Part shown: positions 1 to 12,350 of the stretch, piece after piece
Layout of the letters: the number at the start of each line of letters is the position of its first letter
How positions within the stretch are numbered: the stretch's first letter is position 1
Assembly: GCF_004010195.1 (NCBI RefSeq)
Contig: NC_057750.1
Span: 15,950,550 to 16,014,549, forward strand
Origin: Chiloscyllium plagiosum
Lineage: Eukaryota
DNA: 64,000 nt
Direction: 5' to 3'
Made by a program: the position numbers and the translations under genes
The notes under the pieces: generated by a model
Database searches by the model: none
Told to the model about the DNA's origin: nothing
What the model saw: the letters and a program-made list of their open reading frames with translations, nothing else

Positions 1-220
1 CTCCTGTCCCACTGGCTGAATTTGAGTTAGTTTAAGGACTTGACGGTCTTTTGAAACACAGCATCCAGGTAACTCTCCCCCTCCCTGATGTGTTGCAATA
101 TTTGAAGTTCATCGACTCTGAGCCAGAGTTCTTCTCATAACGAACATTTACTGCAGACATGGTCACTGGGAACCACAACGGAGTCCACCAGTTCCCACAT
201 CATGCAGAAATAACACATCT
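1..220 (-). mobile_element. CR1-type LINE ORF1 N-terminal remnant (zinc-finger/leucine-zipper region)
   Basis: Reverse strand translates to MCYFCMMWELVDSVVVPSDHVCSKCSL*EELWLRVDELQILQHIREGESYLDAVF (CxxC...CxxC then Leu-rich), as in CR1 ORF1. Confidence 0.6.
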
Positions 221-634
221 TAAATCTCCATCCTTATTTTAGTTAATTAGTTTTGAATTTTTAAAAATTCTTTTACAGTTTTTGTATCTCTGCTTATGCA
301 AATTATAAACAATATATAAGTTGTAACCAATAAATGAACAAGATTCAATTTAACACAGACTCAAATTTAGCAGACCCCTTATTAGCCAATTAAATCACAG
401 TCCTCCTGTGATGTCACTTTGCATTTCCCCCCTCAGAAACAAACTCTTACCTTCCCAGACTGCTGTCCGCAAGGTCCCGCTCAGTTCTGGTCCAGAAGTG
501 AAGGCCCCAAATCCGCGAAGTAAGTTTTTGTATCACTTATCGTCCCAGACTGCTAACGAGAGTTCAGAATCATTATTTTCCTATTCTACTGAAAGGTAAA
601 GCTGGTAGGAAAAGGAAAGCAATGGATGAATAAA

Positions 635-771
635 GGTAAAAGCAAATTACTGCGGATGCTGAAATCTGAAACCAAAAGAGAAAATGCTGGAAAATCTTAG
701 CAGGTCTGGCAGCATCTATAAGGAGAGAAAAGAGCTGACGTTTCGAGTCTAACCGACCCTTTGTCAAAGCT
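635..771 (-). mobile_element. Short Penelope-derived 3'-end element carrying a variant hammerhead motif
   Basis: Shares 'gctggaaaa..cagcaggtctggcagcatct' with other PLE ends in the window; hammerhead-like fold at 733-771. Confidence 0.6.
733..771 (-). ncRNA. Minimal type I hammerhead ribozyme motif, U3-A8 core variant
   Basis: - strand: agct-TTGACAA-A-GGGTC-ggtta-GACTC-GAAA-C-GTC-agct; stem I agct/agct, stem II GGGTC/GACTC, GUC cleavage triplet. Confidence 0.6.
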
Positions 772-1293
772 GCTTTATTTGAACTTTAGTAAAGCCTCTG
801 ACAAGGTTCCACATGATAGATTAACTAATTAAGTTAGATCACATGGGATTCAAGATGACCTTGCCAATTGGATATTGTTGCAAAGTTGGTCTGTATAAAA
901 TTGTAAGATTGTAAAATGGGGGAAAGCATTATGTGGTCCCTTCAAATGATGGTGTTTTTTCATTGGTAGAGGTAAAGTGGATTAACTGAACAGCAGTTTA
1001 AAGTGCAGATGCACAGAGAGTACCTGAATGGAAACATTTTATATTGAATAGCTGCAAACAGCATTTTTACCAAGACAACATGTCTTTTTAAGTTTAGCCA
1101 AACAATTTAAATTAAGCCTTTAGATATTGAAAACCGATTTAAATTTAAATCTGATGGTTTTGACAATCTAGTACCAATCCAATTGTAAAGAAATGAATAG
1201 GTCACAACGTATAAAAGATGAGGATATTTGGAAAATCAGTGACCTTAGACTCATTAGACTCTGAGCCGAGAAGCCCATGTCAATACACTGGTG

Positions 1294-2720
1294 ACATAGA
1301 GTCATAGAGATGTACAGCATGTAAGCAGACCCTTTGGTCCAACCCATCCATGCCGACCAGATATCCCAACCCAATCTAGTCCCACCTGCCAGCACCTGGC
1401 CCATATCCCTCCAAACCCTTCCTATTCATATACCCATCCAAATGCCTCTTAAATGTTGAAATTGTACCAGCCTCCACCACTTCCTCTGGCAGCTTATTCC
1501 GTATATGCACCATTCTGTGCATGAAAATGTTGCCCCTTAGGTCCCTTTCATATCTTTCCCCTCTCACCCTAAATTTATGCTCTCTAGTTCTGGACTCCCC
1601 CACCCCAGGGAAAAGACTTTGCCTATTTATTCTATCCATGCCCCTCATGATTTTATAAACCTCTATAAGGTGACCCCTCAGCCTCCGATGCTCCAGGGAA
1701 AACAGCCCCAGCCTATTCAGCCTCTCCCAACAGCCCAAATCCTCCAATCCTGGCAACATCTTTGTAAATCTTTTCTGAACCGATTCAAATTGCACAACAT
1801 CCTTCCCATAGGAAGGAGACCAGAATTGCACGCAACATTCCAAAAGTGGCCTAACCAATGTCCTGTACAGCCGCAACATGACCTCCCAACTCCTGTACTC
1901 AATACTCTGACGAATAAAGGAAAGCCATACCAAATGCCGCCTTCACTATCCTATCGACCTGCGACTCTACTTTCAAGGACCCTGCACTCCAAGGTCTCTT
2001 TGTTCAGCAACACTCCCTAGGACCTTACCATTAAGTGTATAAGTCCTGCTAAGATTTGTTTTCCCAAAATGCAGCACCTTGCATTTATCTGAATTAAACT
2101 CTATCTGCCACGCCTTAGCCCATTGGCCCATCTGATCAAAATCCCATACTAATCTGAGATAGTAACCTTCTTCGTTGTCCACCACACATCCAATTTTGGT
2201 GTCATCTGCAAACTTACTATATACCTAATATATTTCCTATGTTCACATCCAAATCATTTATATAAATGGCACACCACTGGTCACAGGCCTCCAGTCTGAA
2301 AAACAATCCTCCACCGCCACCGCTGTCTTCTACCTTTGAGCCAGTTCTGTATCCAAATGGCTAGTTCTCCCTGTATTCCATTAGATCTAACCTTGCTAAC
2401 CATATCCCGTGGGGAACCTTGTTGAATGCCTTACTGATGTCCATATAGATCACATCCACCCCTCCGCCCTCGTCAGTCTCCTTTGTTACTTCTTCAAAAA
2501 CCTCAATCAAGTTCGTGAGACATGATTTCCCACGCACGAAGCCATGTTGACCATCCCTAATCAGTCCTTGCCTTTCCAAATACATTTAAATCCTGTCCCT
2601 CAGGATTCCCTCCAAAAACTTACCCATCACCGACATCAGGCTCACTGGTCTATAGTTCCCTGGCTTGTCCTGACCACCTTTCTTAAATAGCGGTACCATG
2701 TTAGCCAACCTCCAGTTCAA
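1294..2720 (-). mobile_element. CR1 LINE 3' portion (RT C-terminus and 3' UTR), 5'-truncated and frameshifted
   Basis: ORFs 2361-2585 (QHGFVRGKSCLTNL, DISKAFNKVPH), 1973-2185 and 1376-1933 (LYRTLVRPLLECCVQFWSP, RRLRGHLIEVYK); ends in a ctctatga-type tail. Confidence 0.93.
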
Positions 2721-2920
2721 GGGATGAGCAAGAGTTATTCCGATACCATGAATTTTCTTTTAAATCATCTGCAAAAACTGCAATCTGTGGTACCGGCTGA
2801 AATCCTCAGATCATAGCTCAAGTAATGATACTCATGTGCAGTTCAAAATCAGATCAGAAGATCAAACAAACAATGCTTTGTCAGATATTAACTATTGAAT
2901 ATGAATTCCATCCTTTCCAG

Positions 2921-2964
2921 GAAACACCAGTTGAGACCGATTTGCTGCCTGAAGATTTTAACAG
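2921..2964 (+). CDS. Unidentified gene, exon A (ETPVETDLLPEDFN), phase 0->2, GC donor
   Basis: Acceptor ttccatcctttccag|; donor AACAG|gcaagt; same phases and 3' end (aacag) as exon C. Confidence 0.6.
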
Positions 2965-4399
2965 GCAAGTTTATCACAAAAAGGTTCGCTGATGACTTGC
3001 TCCAATAACCGAGATAGCAGCACCAAAATCAGAATCAATCTTAATCTGTTCCAAGTTGAACTTAGAGGTTGAGTTACACTGACTGTCCAGACTCCTGAAC
3101 TGGGGAGACTTAACTCTGATGCAGACATTAAATGGGTGTGATTGACTCTAATTCCTTTCCGCTATCAATTCTTGCCCACACTCGATGTATAGGCTCATTG
3201 TTCTTCTGGGTGCACAACTGTTAAAAGTTCAAATAAATTTTGTTGTGGAGCCACTTGCATTTAACTTTGGTTCACAATTAAAAAGGCACATTATGATATT
3301 ATTTGTTACATCACTGATCAAAAAGTTTTCTGCATACTGACTTATGTTTTTTATGAAATAATATCAAATAAATATAATCAATACATTGAATAATAAATGT
3401 GTGCATATGTATTATCCATAATTTAATGTAACATAAGATGTATAAACCATAACAATGAAATCAGAACAGGTATTTCCAGTGGGGGAGTTAGCAACATGAC
3501 AAAAACAATGACAATTTCTGTACCAAAAAATTCATAATTTTTGTGATGGGAAATCGTACCCAGTTTATTTATTTACATCAAAAATCAACATCTGCTTTGA
3601 AATTAGTTATTTTGTGCTCCAACCTAATGGGACCTTCAGCAGCAGGTGGTGATGAAGAGAACTGAGCAGTTTTCCAGGTCTTCCACCAGCTTGTAGTGAC
3701 AGTCGGGGAAGGCAGTTGAACGGACTCTCACTGGAAAGAAAGGATGCTTTGTGGAGAGAGGCAAGTTGGGAAATGGAAGCAGGTAGACAAAGGAATTGCT
3801 CATTCCAATGTAATCTACATGGTCATTCCATATATATAGTGTCAATAATTTCTTGTTTATCCTTAATTTCCCTTTGTGTTTCATAATGGCTTGATGCCAG
3901 TGGAATAAAGAATCCTGACTTCATGATCTTTGGGCTGCCTGTGTGTTCAAATTTCATGTTATATTTCCAAAAAACAGAAATTCCTGATTTTTGTAATTGT
4001 AGAATATTGGCAGCTGATTTATGAAGTGCTTAATTAAGGGTTAAGCATTCCAGTTTTGAAGTCAGTTTTTACTGAGTCATTGATCTCACTTGGGATGATA
4101 GTTAGGGTGCTACAAATGACCTCAACACCTCCGAACTGCAGAAGGATGAAAAGGGTTTCAGTTTAGGTAGCCAGCCCCGATGCTTTCTGTTAATTTCTGT
4201 TTGAAAGACACCCGTGTAAACTTCTGGAGAGGACAGGATTTTAATAGGTGATTTGACAGTTGATTAGACTGATGATATGCCTAGACTCGTGCATTGAGAA
4301 TGAGCACTTAAAGGAATTATTGGAGCTTCAAAGACCAGTGCATTAGCAACTGGCAGCAAAATGTCACCTATGTAAACTCAGTTTTTCCTATTTCTACAG

Positions 4400-4472
4400 T
4401 TACGACAGCATAGTCTCAGATCCTGCCAACATCTCTGAAATAACTGAAGTCACTGACAATATTGAAGAACAG
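4400..4472 (+). CDS. Unidentified gene, exon B ((S)YDSIVSDPANISEITEVTDNIEEQ), phase 2->0
   Basis: Acceptor tttttcctatttctacag|; donor CAG|gtaata; open frame, 73 nt. Confidence 0.72.
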
Positions 4473-5032
4473 GTAATATTAAATATTTTGTAAATTTGGA
4501 ATTGCTCCACAATATATAATTGTGAGTTTCGAGATATAAAATAAGAAAAGTGGCCTTTGAGTACAGTGAGCTGATTGAAATTCAATTCTCGTTGCATTGC
4601 TAAAACATCAGCAGGCAACAGGTAAATGGGAAAACCATCACTAACTACCAGGTTTGCATTCAAGTTGCCCATCATCTAAACTTCAGCGCATATCACTGTT
4701 CCCTTCTTCATCAATAGCCAAAAACTTGGGAAGTACTACCTAACATCACATTGGGAGCATCTTCATCACACAGGACTGCAGCTACTCAAGAGGTAGCTCG
4801 TGACCACATTATCAAGGACAACAAATTCTGGTCTTGCTAATGATGACTACATTCCATACTATAAAGCCAGTCTAATGAAAATGCTTTTGCAGCCAGATGG
4901 ATATGTGACAATTGTAAGGAGCTGCCCAATCTACATGTGGATACCAAAGGAACACCAGGAGGAATGAGGGGGTACATGCTTCCATAGCCAATGATAATGG
5001 CTAAAATAGCCTACCCTTCCATCAGTCTCTCA

Positions 5033-5805
5033 GTCACAGAGATGTACAGCATGGAAACAGACCCTTCGGTGCAATTTGTCCACGCTGACCAGATATCCTA
5101 AATTAATCTAGTCCCATTTGCTCGCACTTGGCCCATACCCCTCTCAACCCATTTGCTCGCACTTGGCCCATACCCCTCTCAACCCTTCCTATTCATGCAT
5201 CCATCCAGATGCATTATAGATGTTGTAATTATACCCACCTCCACCACTTCCTCTGGCAGCTCATCCTATACAAGCGTCACCCTTTGCGTGAAAAAGTTGC
5301 CCCTTCGGTCCCTTTTAAATCTTTCCCCTCTCACTCTAAATCTATGCCCTCTGGTTTTGGATTCCCCCAACCCAGGGAAAAGACTTTGTCTATTTACCCT
5401 GTTCATGCCCTCATGATTTTATAAACCTTAATAAGGTTACCCCTCAGCCTCCTATGCTCCAGGGAAAACAGTCCCAGCTTATTCAGCCTCTCCCTCTTGC
5501 TCAAACCCTCCAACCCTGGCAACATCCTTGTAAATCTTTTCTGAACCCTTTCAAGTTTCACAACATCATTCCTATCGGAGGGAGAGCAGAGTTGAACACA
5601 ATTTTCCAAAAGTGGCCTAACCAATGTGCTGTACAGCTGCAACATGACCTCCCAGCTCCTATACTCAGTGCTCTGACCAATAAAAGGCAAACATACTAAA
5701 CGCCTTCTTCACTATCCTATCTACCTGCGACTCCACTTTCAAGGGACTATGAACCTGCACTCCAAGGTCTCTTTGTTCAGCAATATTCCCCCTTACCATT
5801 AAGTC
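5033..5805 (-). mobile_element. CR1 LINE 3' fragment with an internal 35-bp tandem duplication (5113-5182)
   Basis: ORF 5403-5690 (LVRPLLENCVQLCSP, RRLRGNL); same family as 1294-2720; cccatttgctcgcacttggcccatacccctctcaa occurs twice. Confidence 0.9.
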
Positions 5806-6231
5806 CTGTGACCTTTTCTGACCATTTTAAAATCAAGGAGGTTTTGGCAGATAGACTTAATTTATATGGTGGCTTTCTCAATTAAAAAATGTCCTGAAAC
5901 ATTTAACATTCAATGAAGTATTTATGAAGTGCAGTGAAGATCTCTGCAGCAACTTCTTTACAGACCCCAGGATGCTGGCTATTGGGTCCATGGATATATC
6001 AGCTTCTAGTCTTTTTCTTTCCTTCTGTCTGTTAATTACTTTAAGTTCCTCACTTTTGGTCCACCATTATTTCTGATATGTTGTTTCTAATTCTTGCTAT
6101 AAAGGCAGATACAAAATATATTTGCCTACTAACTCTGACATTTCCTTATTCCTCAATATAATGTCTCCTGTCTCTGCTGCTAACAGACCAATTACTTTTG
6201 CTACTCTCTTTTTGCATTACAATCTCTATTT

Positions 6232-6713
6232 GTGCAGTGGACATGACCTATATGGACTTCAGTAAAGCATTTGACAAGTTCCCCATGGGAGACTGGTTAG
6301 CAAGGTTAGATATCATGGAATACAGGGAGAACTAGCCATTTGGATACAGAACTGGCTTGAAGGTAGAAGACAGAGGGTGATGTGGAGGGTTGTTTTTCAG
6401 ACTGGGGTGGGGGGTGTCCAGAATTAGGGGACATAGGTTTAGGGTGAGAGGGAAAAGATATAAAAGGGACCTAAGGGGCAAATTTTTCACACAGCAGGTG
6501 GTACGTGTATGGAATGAGCTGCCAAAGGAAGTGGTGGAGGCTGGTCCAATTGTAACATTGAAAAGGCATCTGGATGGGTATATGAATAGGAAGGGTTTGT
6601 CGGGATATGGGCCAAGTGCTGGCAAGTGGGACTAGATTGGGTTGGGATATCTGGTTGGCATGGACGAGTTAGACCGAAGAATCTGTTTCTGTGCTGTACA
6701 TCTCTCTGACTCT
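6232..6713 (+). mobile_element. CR1 LINE fragment, internally deleted
   Basis: DFSKAFDK-coding segment joined directly to the RGHRFRVRG...WNELP segment and 3' tail. Confidence 0.85.
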
Positions 6714-6999
6714 AGTTTTTCCTCTCATTGTGTTTTTTTAAAGGAACTTTTCATTGTCCTTTTCTGTTTTATAAAATTCTCCCTATCTTCAGGCTAACTA
6801 CTATTCGTAAGGATATTTTAAGAATTTGATACTACAAATGGTTTACGTTTGCTATCGAAATGCTTGTCTTTAGTGAAATTTTGGCTCACAGTTTGAAGTC
6901 TGAGCTTCAGATGCTCTGATACATCAGCAACATGGAAATTTTCTGGACATTTTATTCCAGGAGCCAATCATATCCCTTTACCTGTGATAAAGAACAAGA

Positions 7000-7720
7000 A
7001 TGTGTGACTGCAAATGAAGTAACAAGGGGATCCAGAAGCTTATAGAAGTTCTTGTAGGGAGAATAAGCAGGTTGACCATGGCACCATGGTGCAGAATGCA
7101 AGTGGGCGAATTTAAAGGAATGTAATTGTAGTAGGTGACTATTGTTATAGGGACAGATGTGGTTCTTTGTAACAGAGTCTCGAGGACTGTAGTGACTGCA
7201 CTTCTTTGGGTTGAAGAACTTGGGCTGGCAAAGGGAACAATCTACGTGATCACCAACAACATTGGTAGGACGAAGAAAGAGATTCATCTAAGGGAGTATG
7301 GGCAGCTTGAGGCTAAATCAGAAAACAAAACAAGGTAATAATCTCTGAAAATTTAGATTAGCGTGGTGCTGGAAAAGCACAGCAGGTCAGGGAACATCCG
7401 AGGAGCAGGAAAATTGATATTTTGGGCAAAAGCCCTTCATCAGGAATGCTGGTTTCCAGTATCTGCAGTCCTCACTTCTGCCTAATAATCTCTGAAATAC
7501 TACTTGAGCCATAAGCAAATTTCTATAATGTAACCAAGGTTAGAGTATGAAATGTCTCAAAGACAGGAATGGGAGATAAAAGTTTCAGTTCATGAGGTAT
7601 TAGGACCGGTCCTGGGGAAAGAAAGGATCTGATAACCTGATCCATATTGGTACCAGGATCTTGAGAAATCAGGTAACTAGGAATGAAAAGAGGACTTTAA
7701 ACCGAATAGTTAGGAGGAGG
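7000..7720 (+). mobile_element. Old CR1 ORF1 esterase (SGNH-like) remnant
   Basis: ORF 7135-7338 IVIGTD...ITNNIGRTKKEIHLREYGQLEAK resembles CR1 ORF1 esterase; heavily decayed. Confidence 0.5.
7351..7482. mobile_element. Short Penelope-derived insertion with 15-bp TSD
   Basis: taataatctctgaaa at 7336-7350 and 7483-7497; decayed hammerhead on - strand (ctgatgaagggcttttgcccaaaa). Confidence 0.8.
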
Positions 7721-7739
7721 GTTATGAGAGAGAGAGAAG

Positions 7740-8245
7740 CTTTTATTTGTCGTTTCTACAATATACAACTGATACAGTAAAACGAGACAGCGTTCCTCCA
7801 GTACCGAGGATGCTACATGGACAGCACAAACTACACAGTCGTACACAGCATATAGTGCATTAGAAGAGCAAAATACACAAGTTAGAGTGTAACAGAAGAA
7901 TGATGAATTATAGCCATTTTTCTAACAGTCTGATTATATTGTGTTAAGTAGCCTGTTGGCTTGGGGGAAGAAACTGTTGCAGTCTGGCCGTGAGAGACCA
8001 AATGCTCCGGTATCTACTGCCAGATGGCAGGAGGGAGAGAAGGGGTGTGTGGGGTCTTCCACAATGCTCTTAGCCTTTCGGATGCAGCGTGTGGAGCAAA
8101 TGTCTGTAATGGAAGGAAGAGAGACCTTCTCGGTGATCTTCTCGGCTGTCCTCACTATCCCTTGTAGGGTCTTATGATCCGAGACGGTGCAATTCCCAAA
8201 CCAGGCAGTGATGCAGCAGCACAGGGTACTCTCAATGAACCCCAA
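7740..8245 (-). mobile_element. Rex1/Babar-type LINE 3' fragment
   Basis: ORF 7934-8245 IESTLCCCITAWFGNC...LQGIVRTAEKI...DPTHP...NSFFPQA, the typical Rex/Babar ORF C-terminus; AATAAA and a (ct)n tail on - strand. Confidence 0.85.
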
Positions 8246-8334
8246 ATAAAGTTAGATTAAGTAAACATGATAAAAAGACCTAAGCAAAAGCTATTTATCT
8301 GATTGCTTGCACCTTTTGTTACAAGAGGGAAGAA

Positions 8335-9577
8335 TTGAGGATGTAACTCTGAAGATGGACGAGGGAGATCCAGTAGATGTAGTGTACCTGGACTTTCAGA
8401 AAGCTTTTGATAAAGTCCCACATAGGAGGTTAGTGAGCAAAATTAGGGCGCATGGTATTGGGGACAAAGTACTAACTTGGATTGAAAGTTGGTTGGCTGA
8501 CAGGAAACAAAGAGTAGTGAAAAATGGCTCCATTTCGGAATGGCAGGCAGTGACCAGTGGGGTACTGTAGGGATCAGTGGTGGGACACAGCTTTTTACAA
8601 TATATATTAATGATATAGAAGATGGTATTAGTAATAATATTAGCAAATTTGCTGATGATACTAAGCTGGGTGGCAGGGTGAAATGTGAGGAGGATGTTAG
8701 AAGATTACAGGGTGACCTGGACAGGTTAGGTGAGTTGTCAGATGCATGGCAGATACAGTTTAATGTGGATAAATGTATGGTTATCCACTTTGGTGGCAAG
8801 AACAGGAAGGCAGATTACTACCTAAATGGAATCAATTTAGGTAAAGGGGTAGTACAATGAGATCTGGGTGTTCTTATACACCACTCAATGAAGGTAAGCA
8901 TGCAGGTATAGCAGGTAGTGAAGGAGGCTAATAGACTGCTGGCCTTCATAACAAAAGTGATTGAGTATAGAAGCAAAAAGGTTCTCCTGCAGCTGTACAG
9001 GGCCCTGGTGAGACCACACCTGGAGTATTGTGTGCAGTTCTGGTCTCCAAATTTGAGGAAAGACATTCTGGCTATTGAGGGAGTGTAGCGCAGGTTCATG
9101 AGGTCAATTCCTGGAATGGCGGGACTACCTTACGCTGAAAGACTGGAGCGACTATGCATGTATACCCTTGAGCTTAGAAGGCTGAGAGGGGATCTGATTG
9201 GGACATATAAGATTATTAAAGGATTGGACACTCTGGAGGCAGGAAACATGTTTCCGCTGATGAGTGTGTTCCGAACCAGAGGACACAGCTTAAAACTACG
9301 GGGTAGACCATTTAGGTCAGAGATGAGCAGAAACTTTTTCACCCAGAGAGTGGTGGCTGTGTGGAATGCTCTTCCCCAGAGGGCAGTGGAGGCCCAGTCT
9401 CTGGATTCATTTAAGAAAGAGTTGGATAGAGTTCTCAAAGATAGTGGAATCAAGGGTTATGGAGATAAGGCAGGAACAGGATACTGATTAAGGATGATCA
9501 GCCATGATCATATTGAATGGTGGTGCAGGCTCGAAGGGCAGAATGGCCTACTCCTGCACCTATTATCTATTGTCTAC
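8335..9577 (+). mobile_element. CR1 LINE (second family), RT to 3' end
   Basis: YLDFQKAFDKVPH, FTIYIND, KFADDTKL, RRLRGDLI, FFTQRVV in ORFs 8307-9487; ends in a ctattgtcta tail. Confidence 0.93.
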
Positions 9578-9939
9578 AAATAGTAATACATTATAATATA
9601 ATAGTCATTACAGAGACATGATTGTCATGAGCTCAGGCTAGGATCTGAATATTCAATGGTATTTGACACTTTGGAAATAAATAGGTGGGGTAATCCTGTT
9701 AATAAATTATGGCATTGGTATGGCAGTTAGAAATAATGTGAGGATGTAGAGTCAATTTTGATTGAAATAAATATCAAAGGGGAATCTAGAATCGTGGCAC
9801 ACTTTAAAAATAATCCACCCGTTTAAGACAGATAAGAGGAACCCTTTCTCTCAGTCATTAGTCTGTGGGGTTCTGTCCCCCAGCGAGCAATGGAGGTTGG
9901 TTATTGAATATATTTAAGGCTGAGTTAGTTAGATTTTCT

Positions 9940-10490
9940 CGTTCATTGATGGGATGTGGGCTTTGTTGGCTGGGCCAACATTTATTGCCCATCTTTAGTT
10001 GCCTTTAAGAAGGTGGTGGTGAGCTGCTTTATTAAATTGCTGCAGTAAATTTGATTTAGGAGATCCACAGTACTGACAGGGAGGAAATTCCAACGTTTTG
10101 ACCCAGACTAAAAGAAGGGTGATACATTTGCAAGTCAGGATGGTGAATAGCTCAGAGGGGAAGTTGCAGATGGTGGTGTTACCATGTGTCTGTTGCCTTT
10201 GTTCTTCGAGATGGCAGTGGTTGTGGATTTGGAAGGTGCTGAATTTCTGCAATGTACCTTGCACATGATACACTGCTACTACTGTGCATTGGAGGTGAAA
10301 AGCATGAATGTTGTGTCAACATGGCACCAATTAGATGGGCTGCTTTGTCCTGTATCTTGTAAAACTCCTTAAGTGTTTTTGGAGCTGCACTCAGCTAGGA
10401 AAGCAGGGAGTCACACTCCTGAATTATGCCTAATACATGGTGGACAGGAGGTGAGTTTCTTACTGTGAAGTTCCTAGCTTCTGGCATTTG
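9940..10490 (-). mobile_element. Old LINE 3' end (family ending ...gggcaataaatgctggcc...)
   Basis: ORF 9995-10273 ends QQFNKAAHHHLLKGN*, followed by gatgggcaataaatgttggcccagcc; related copies near 4690-4850, 14790-14960 and 62900-63160. Confidence 0.6.
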
Positions 10491-10854
10491 ATTTCCAAGT
10501 AAGTCAAGGATTATGGGGGCAGGTAGAAAAGTGGAGTTAATGCCATATGATTCATTAACTGGTGGAATAAGTTTGATGTGCCAAATGGCCTAATTCTCCG
10601 ATTTCTTATTTCTTATGGTCAGGCATAGTTGCAAGTTGACAAAGGTAGGGAACCAAAGCTTAATCCTGGTTATAAATGATGACTTAGTTAGGTCTACATG
10701 CGATTCCCTGCAGACCAACAGGAATTTGGGTGCCTCTAAATTGCTCTCAGAAAAGTCCTAACAAGCCACTTATTCCAAGGACAATTAGGGTTAAACAACA
10801 AAAATTGGCTTTACCATAGACACCTACATTCTGTGAAAGAGTCTTTTTACACTT

Positions 10855-11085
10855 TAGGTTTAAGCTGAGAAGAGAAAAATTTAAAAGGTACCTAAGAGAC
10901 AATGTTTTCATGCAGAGGGTGCTGCATGTATGGAATGAGCTGCCAGAGGAAGTGGTGGAAGTTGGAATAGGAAAGATTTACAGAGATATGGGCCAAATGC
11001 TGACAAATGGGACTAAATTAGTTTAGGATATCTGGTCAGCATGGATGAGTTGGACTGAAGGATCTCTTTCCGTGCTGTACAACTA
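10855..11085 (+). mobile_element. CR1 3' end fragment
   Basis: tggaatgagctgccagaggaagtggtgg ... gatatctggtcagcatggatgagttgg matches the CR1 3' UTR. Confidence 0.8.
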
Positions 11086-11527
11086 TATCATAATTAAGAG
11101 GTTGTGAAGATTCAACTGTGATGCAGTGAAAGCTAAGAACGCAGGCACCAAGCACATCATCATGTGTTAATCCGCCAGCACTGTGTTGGAGTTGGCCACC
11201 ACTTCCACTGCAGAGAGCAAGAGTTTCAAGCTTTGCATGATGGCCTCTGCTGTGCTGTGTTCTGAGTCTTCCACATGCTTGGACAGTAGCATGTAGCTGT
11301 TTGGAAGGCCTGCCGATGCCCCAAGCACCTTGGTGACTGTATTCCTTAGAGTTCTCTTGTAGGTCATCCTATCTGAGTTTCCTGCAACAGAATTCATCAA
11401 TGCAGAAATTCTGCATTATCACTCCAATGCAGACCAAAAATAGAATTTTTTAAAAAGGTTTGACAAACCAGAGTTGCATCAAATACTAACAAAATGTAAT
11501 ATTAATCATTAATTATTTCTCTTGTAG

Positions 11528-11577
11528 GGCATGCAGACACAACATGAAAGTAACATATTAGTTGATGTCATTAACAG
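11528..11577 (+). CDS. Unidentified gene, exon C (GMQTQHESNILVDVIN), phase 0->2
   Basis: Acceptor atttctcttgtag|; consensus donor CAG|gtgagt; 50 nt, paralogous to exon E. Confidence 0.78.
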
Positions 11578-11877
11578 GTGAGTGTACCACAACTTCAAAT
11601 CACAGTTGAATTAATAAAACTGCTGCCACAATGAGTTGTGAATGATATCATCAGGGAGCAAGTACAAAACTCCAAGTTTGGTTTCTACTTTCATCCAATT
11701 CATTCTCCTCAGTTTGGATAACAGTTGTGCAGTACAAATAATTTTTTAGTGCACCTGTGATTCCTTGCCCGTACACATCATTGTACACATCAGAATGACA
11801 ACTTTACATATCTTTCAGTGCTCAGCCCTGTTTATAATATTAAGAAAGGAGCATTGTACAAGTGCAGCCTGATCAGT

Positions 11878-12350
11878 CAGAGAGTCCTACAGGCCCTTTG
11901 GCCCAAACTGGTCCATGTTGACCAAAATATCCATCTATTCTAATTTCACTTCTTTGCACTTGGCCCATATCCTTCTACTCCTTTCCTATCCATGCATTTG
12001 TCCAAATGCCTTTTAAATATTATTAATGTACCTGCCTCAACCACTTCCGCTGGCAGCTCCTTCCATATGCATACCATCCTCTGTGTAAAAAACTGCCCCT
12101 CAGGTTTCCTTTTATTCTTTCCCTTCTACCCTTAAACTGATACCTTTGAGTCCTCGATTCCCCAACCCTGGGGAAAAGGCTGAGTGCATTCACCCTATCT
12201 ATGCCTCGCATGATCTTATAGACCACTATAAAGTCTCCAACACTCTAAAGAAAAAAATCCTAGCTTGTCCTACCTCTCCCTATTACTCAGACTCTTGAGT
12301 CCAGGCAACATCCTTGTAAATTTCTTCTGCACTCTTTCCAGTCTAATAAC
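11878..12350 (-). mobile_element. CR1 3' fragment
   Basis: ORF 12023-12226 VYKIMRGIDRVNALSLFPRVGES; same subfamily as 25553-28130 and 57650-58335. Confidence 0.85.

Noticed and set aside
1577..2020. 147-aa + strand ORF and similar antisense ORFs (5128-5699, 19818-20258, 52897-53211)
   Set aside because: Antisense or chimeric readings of CR1 fragments.
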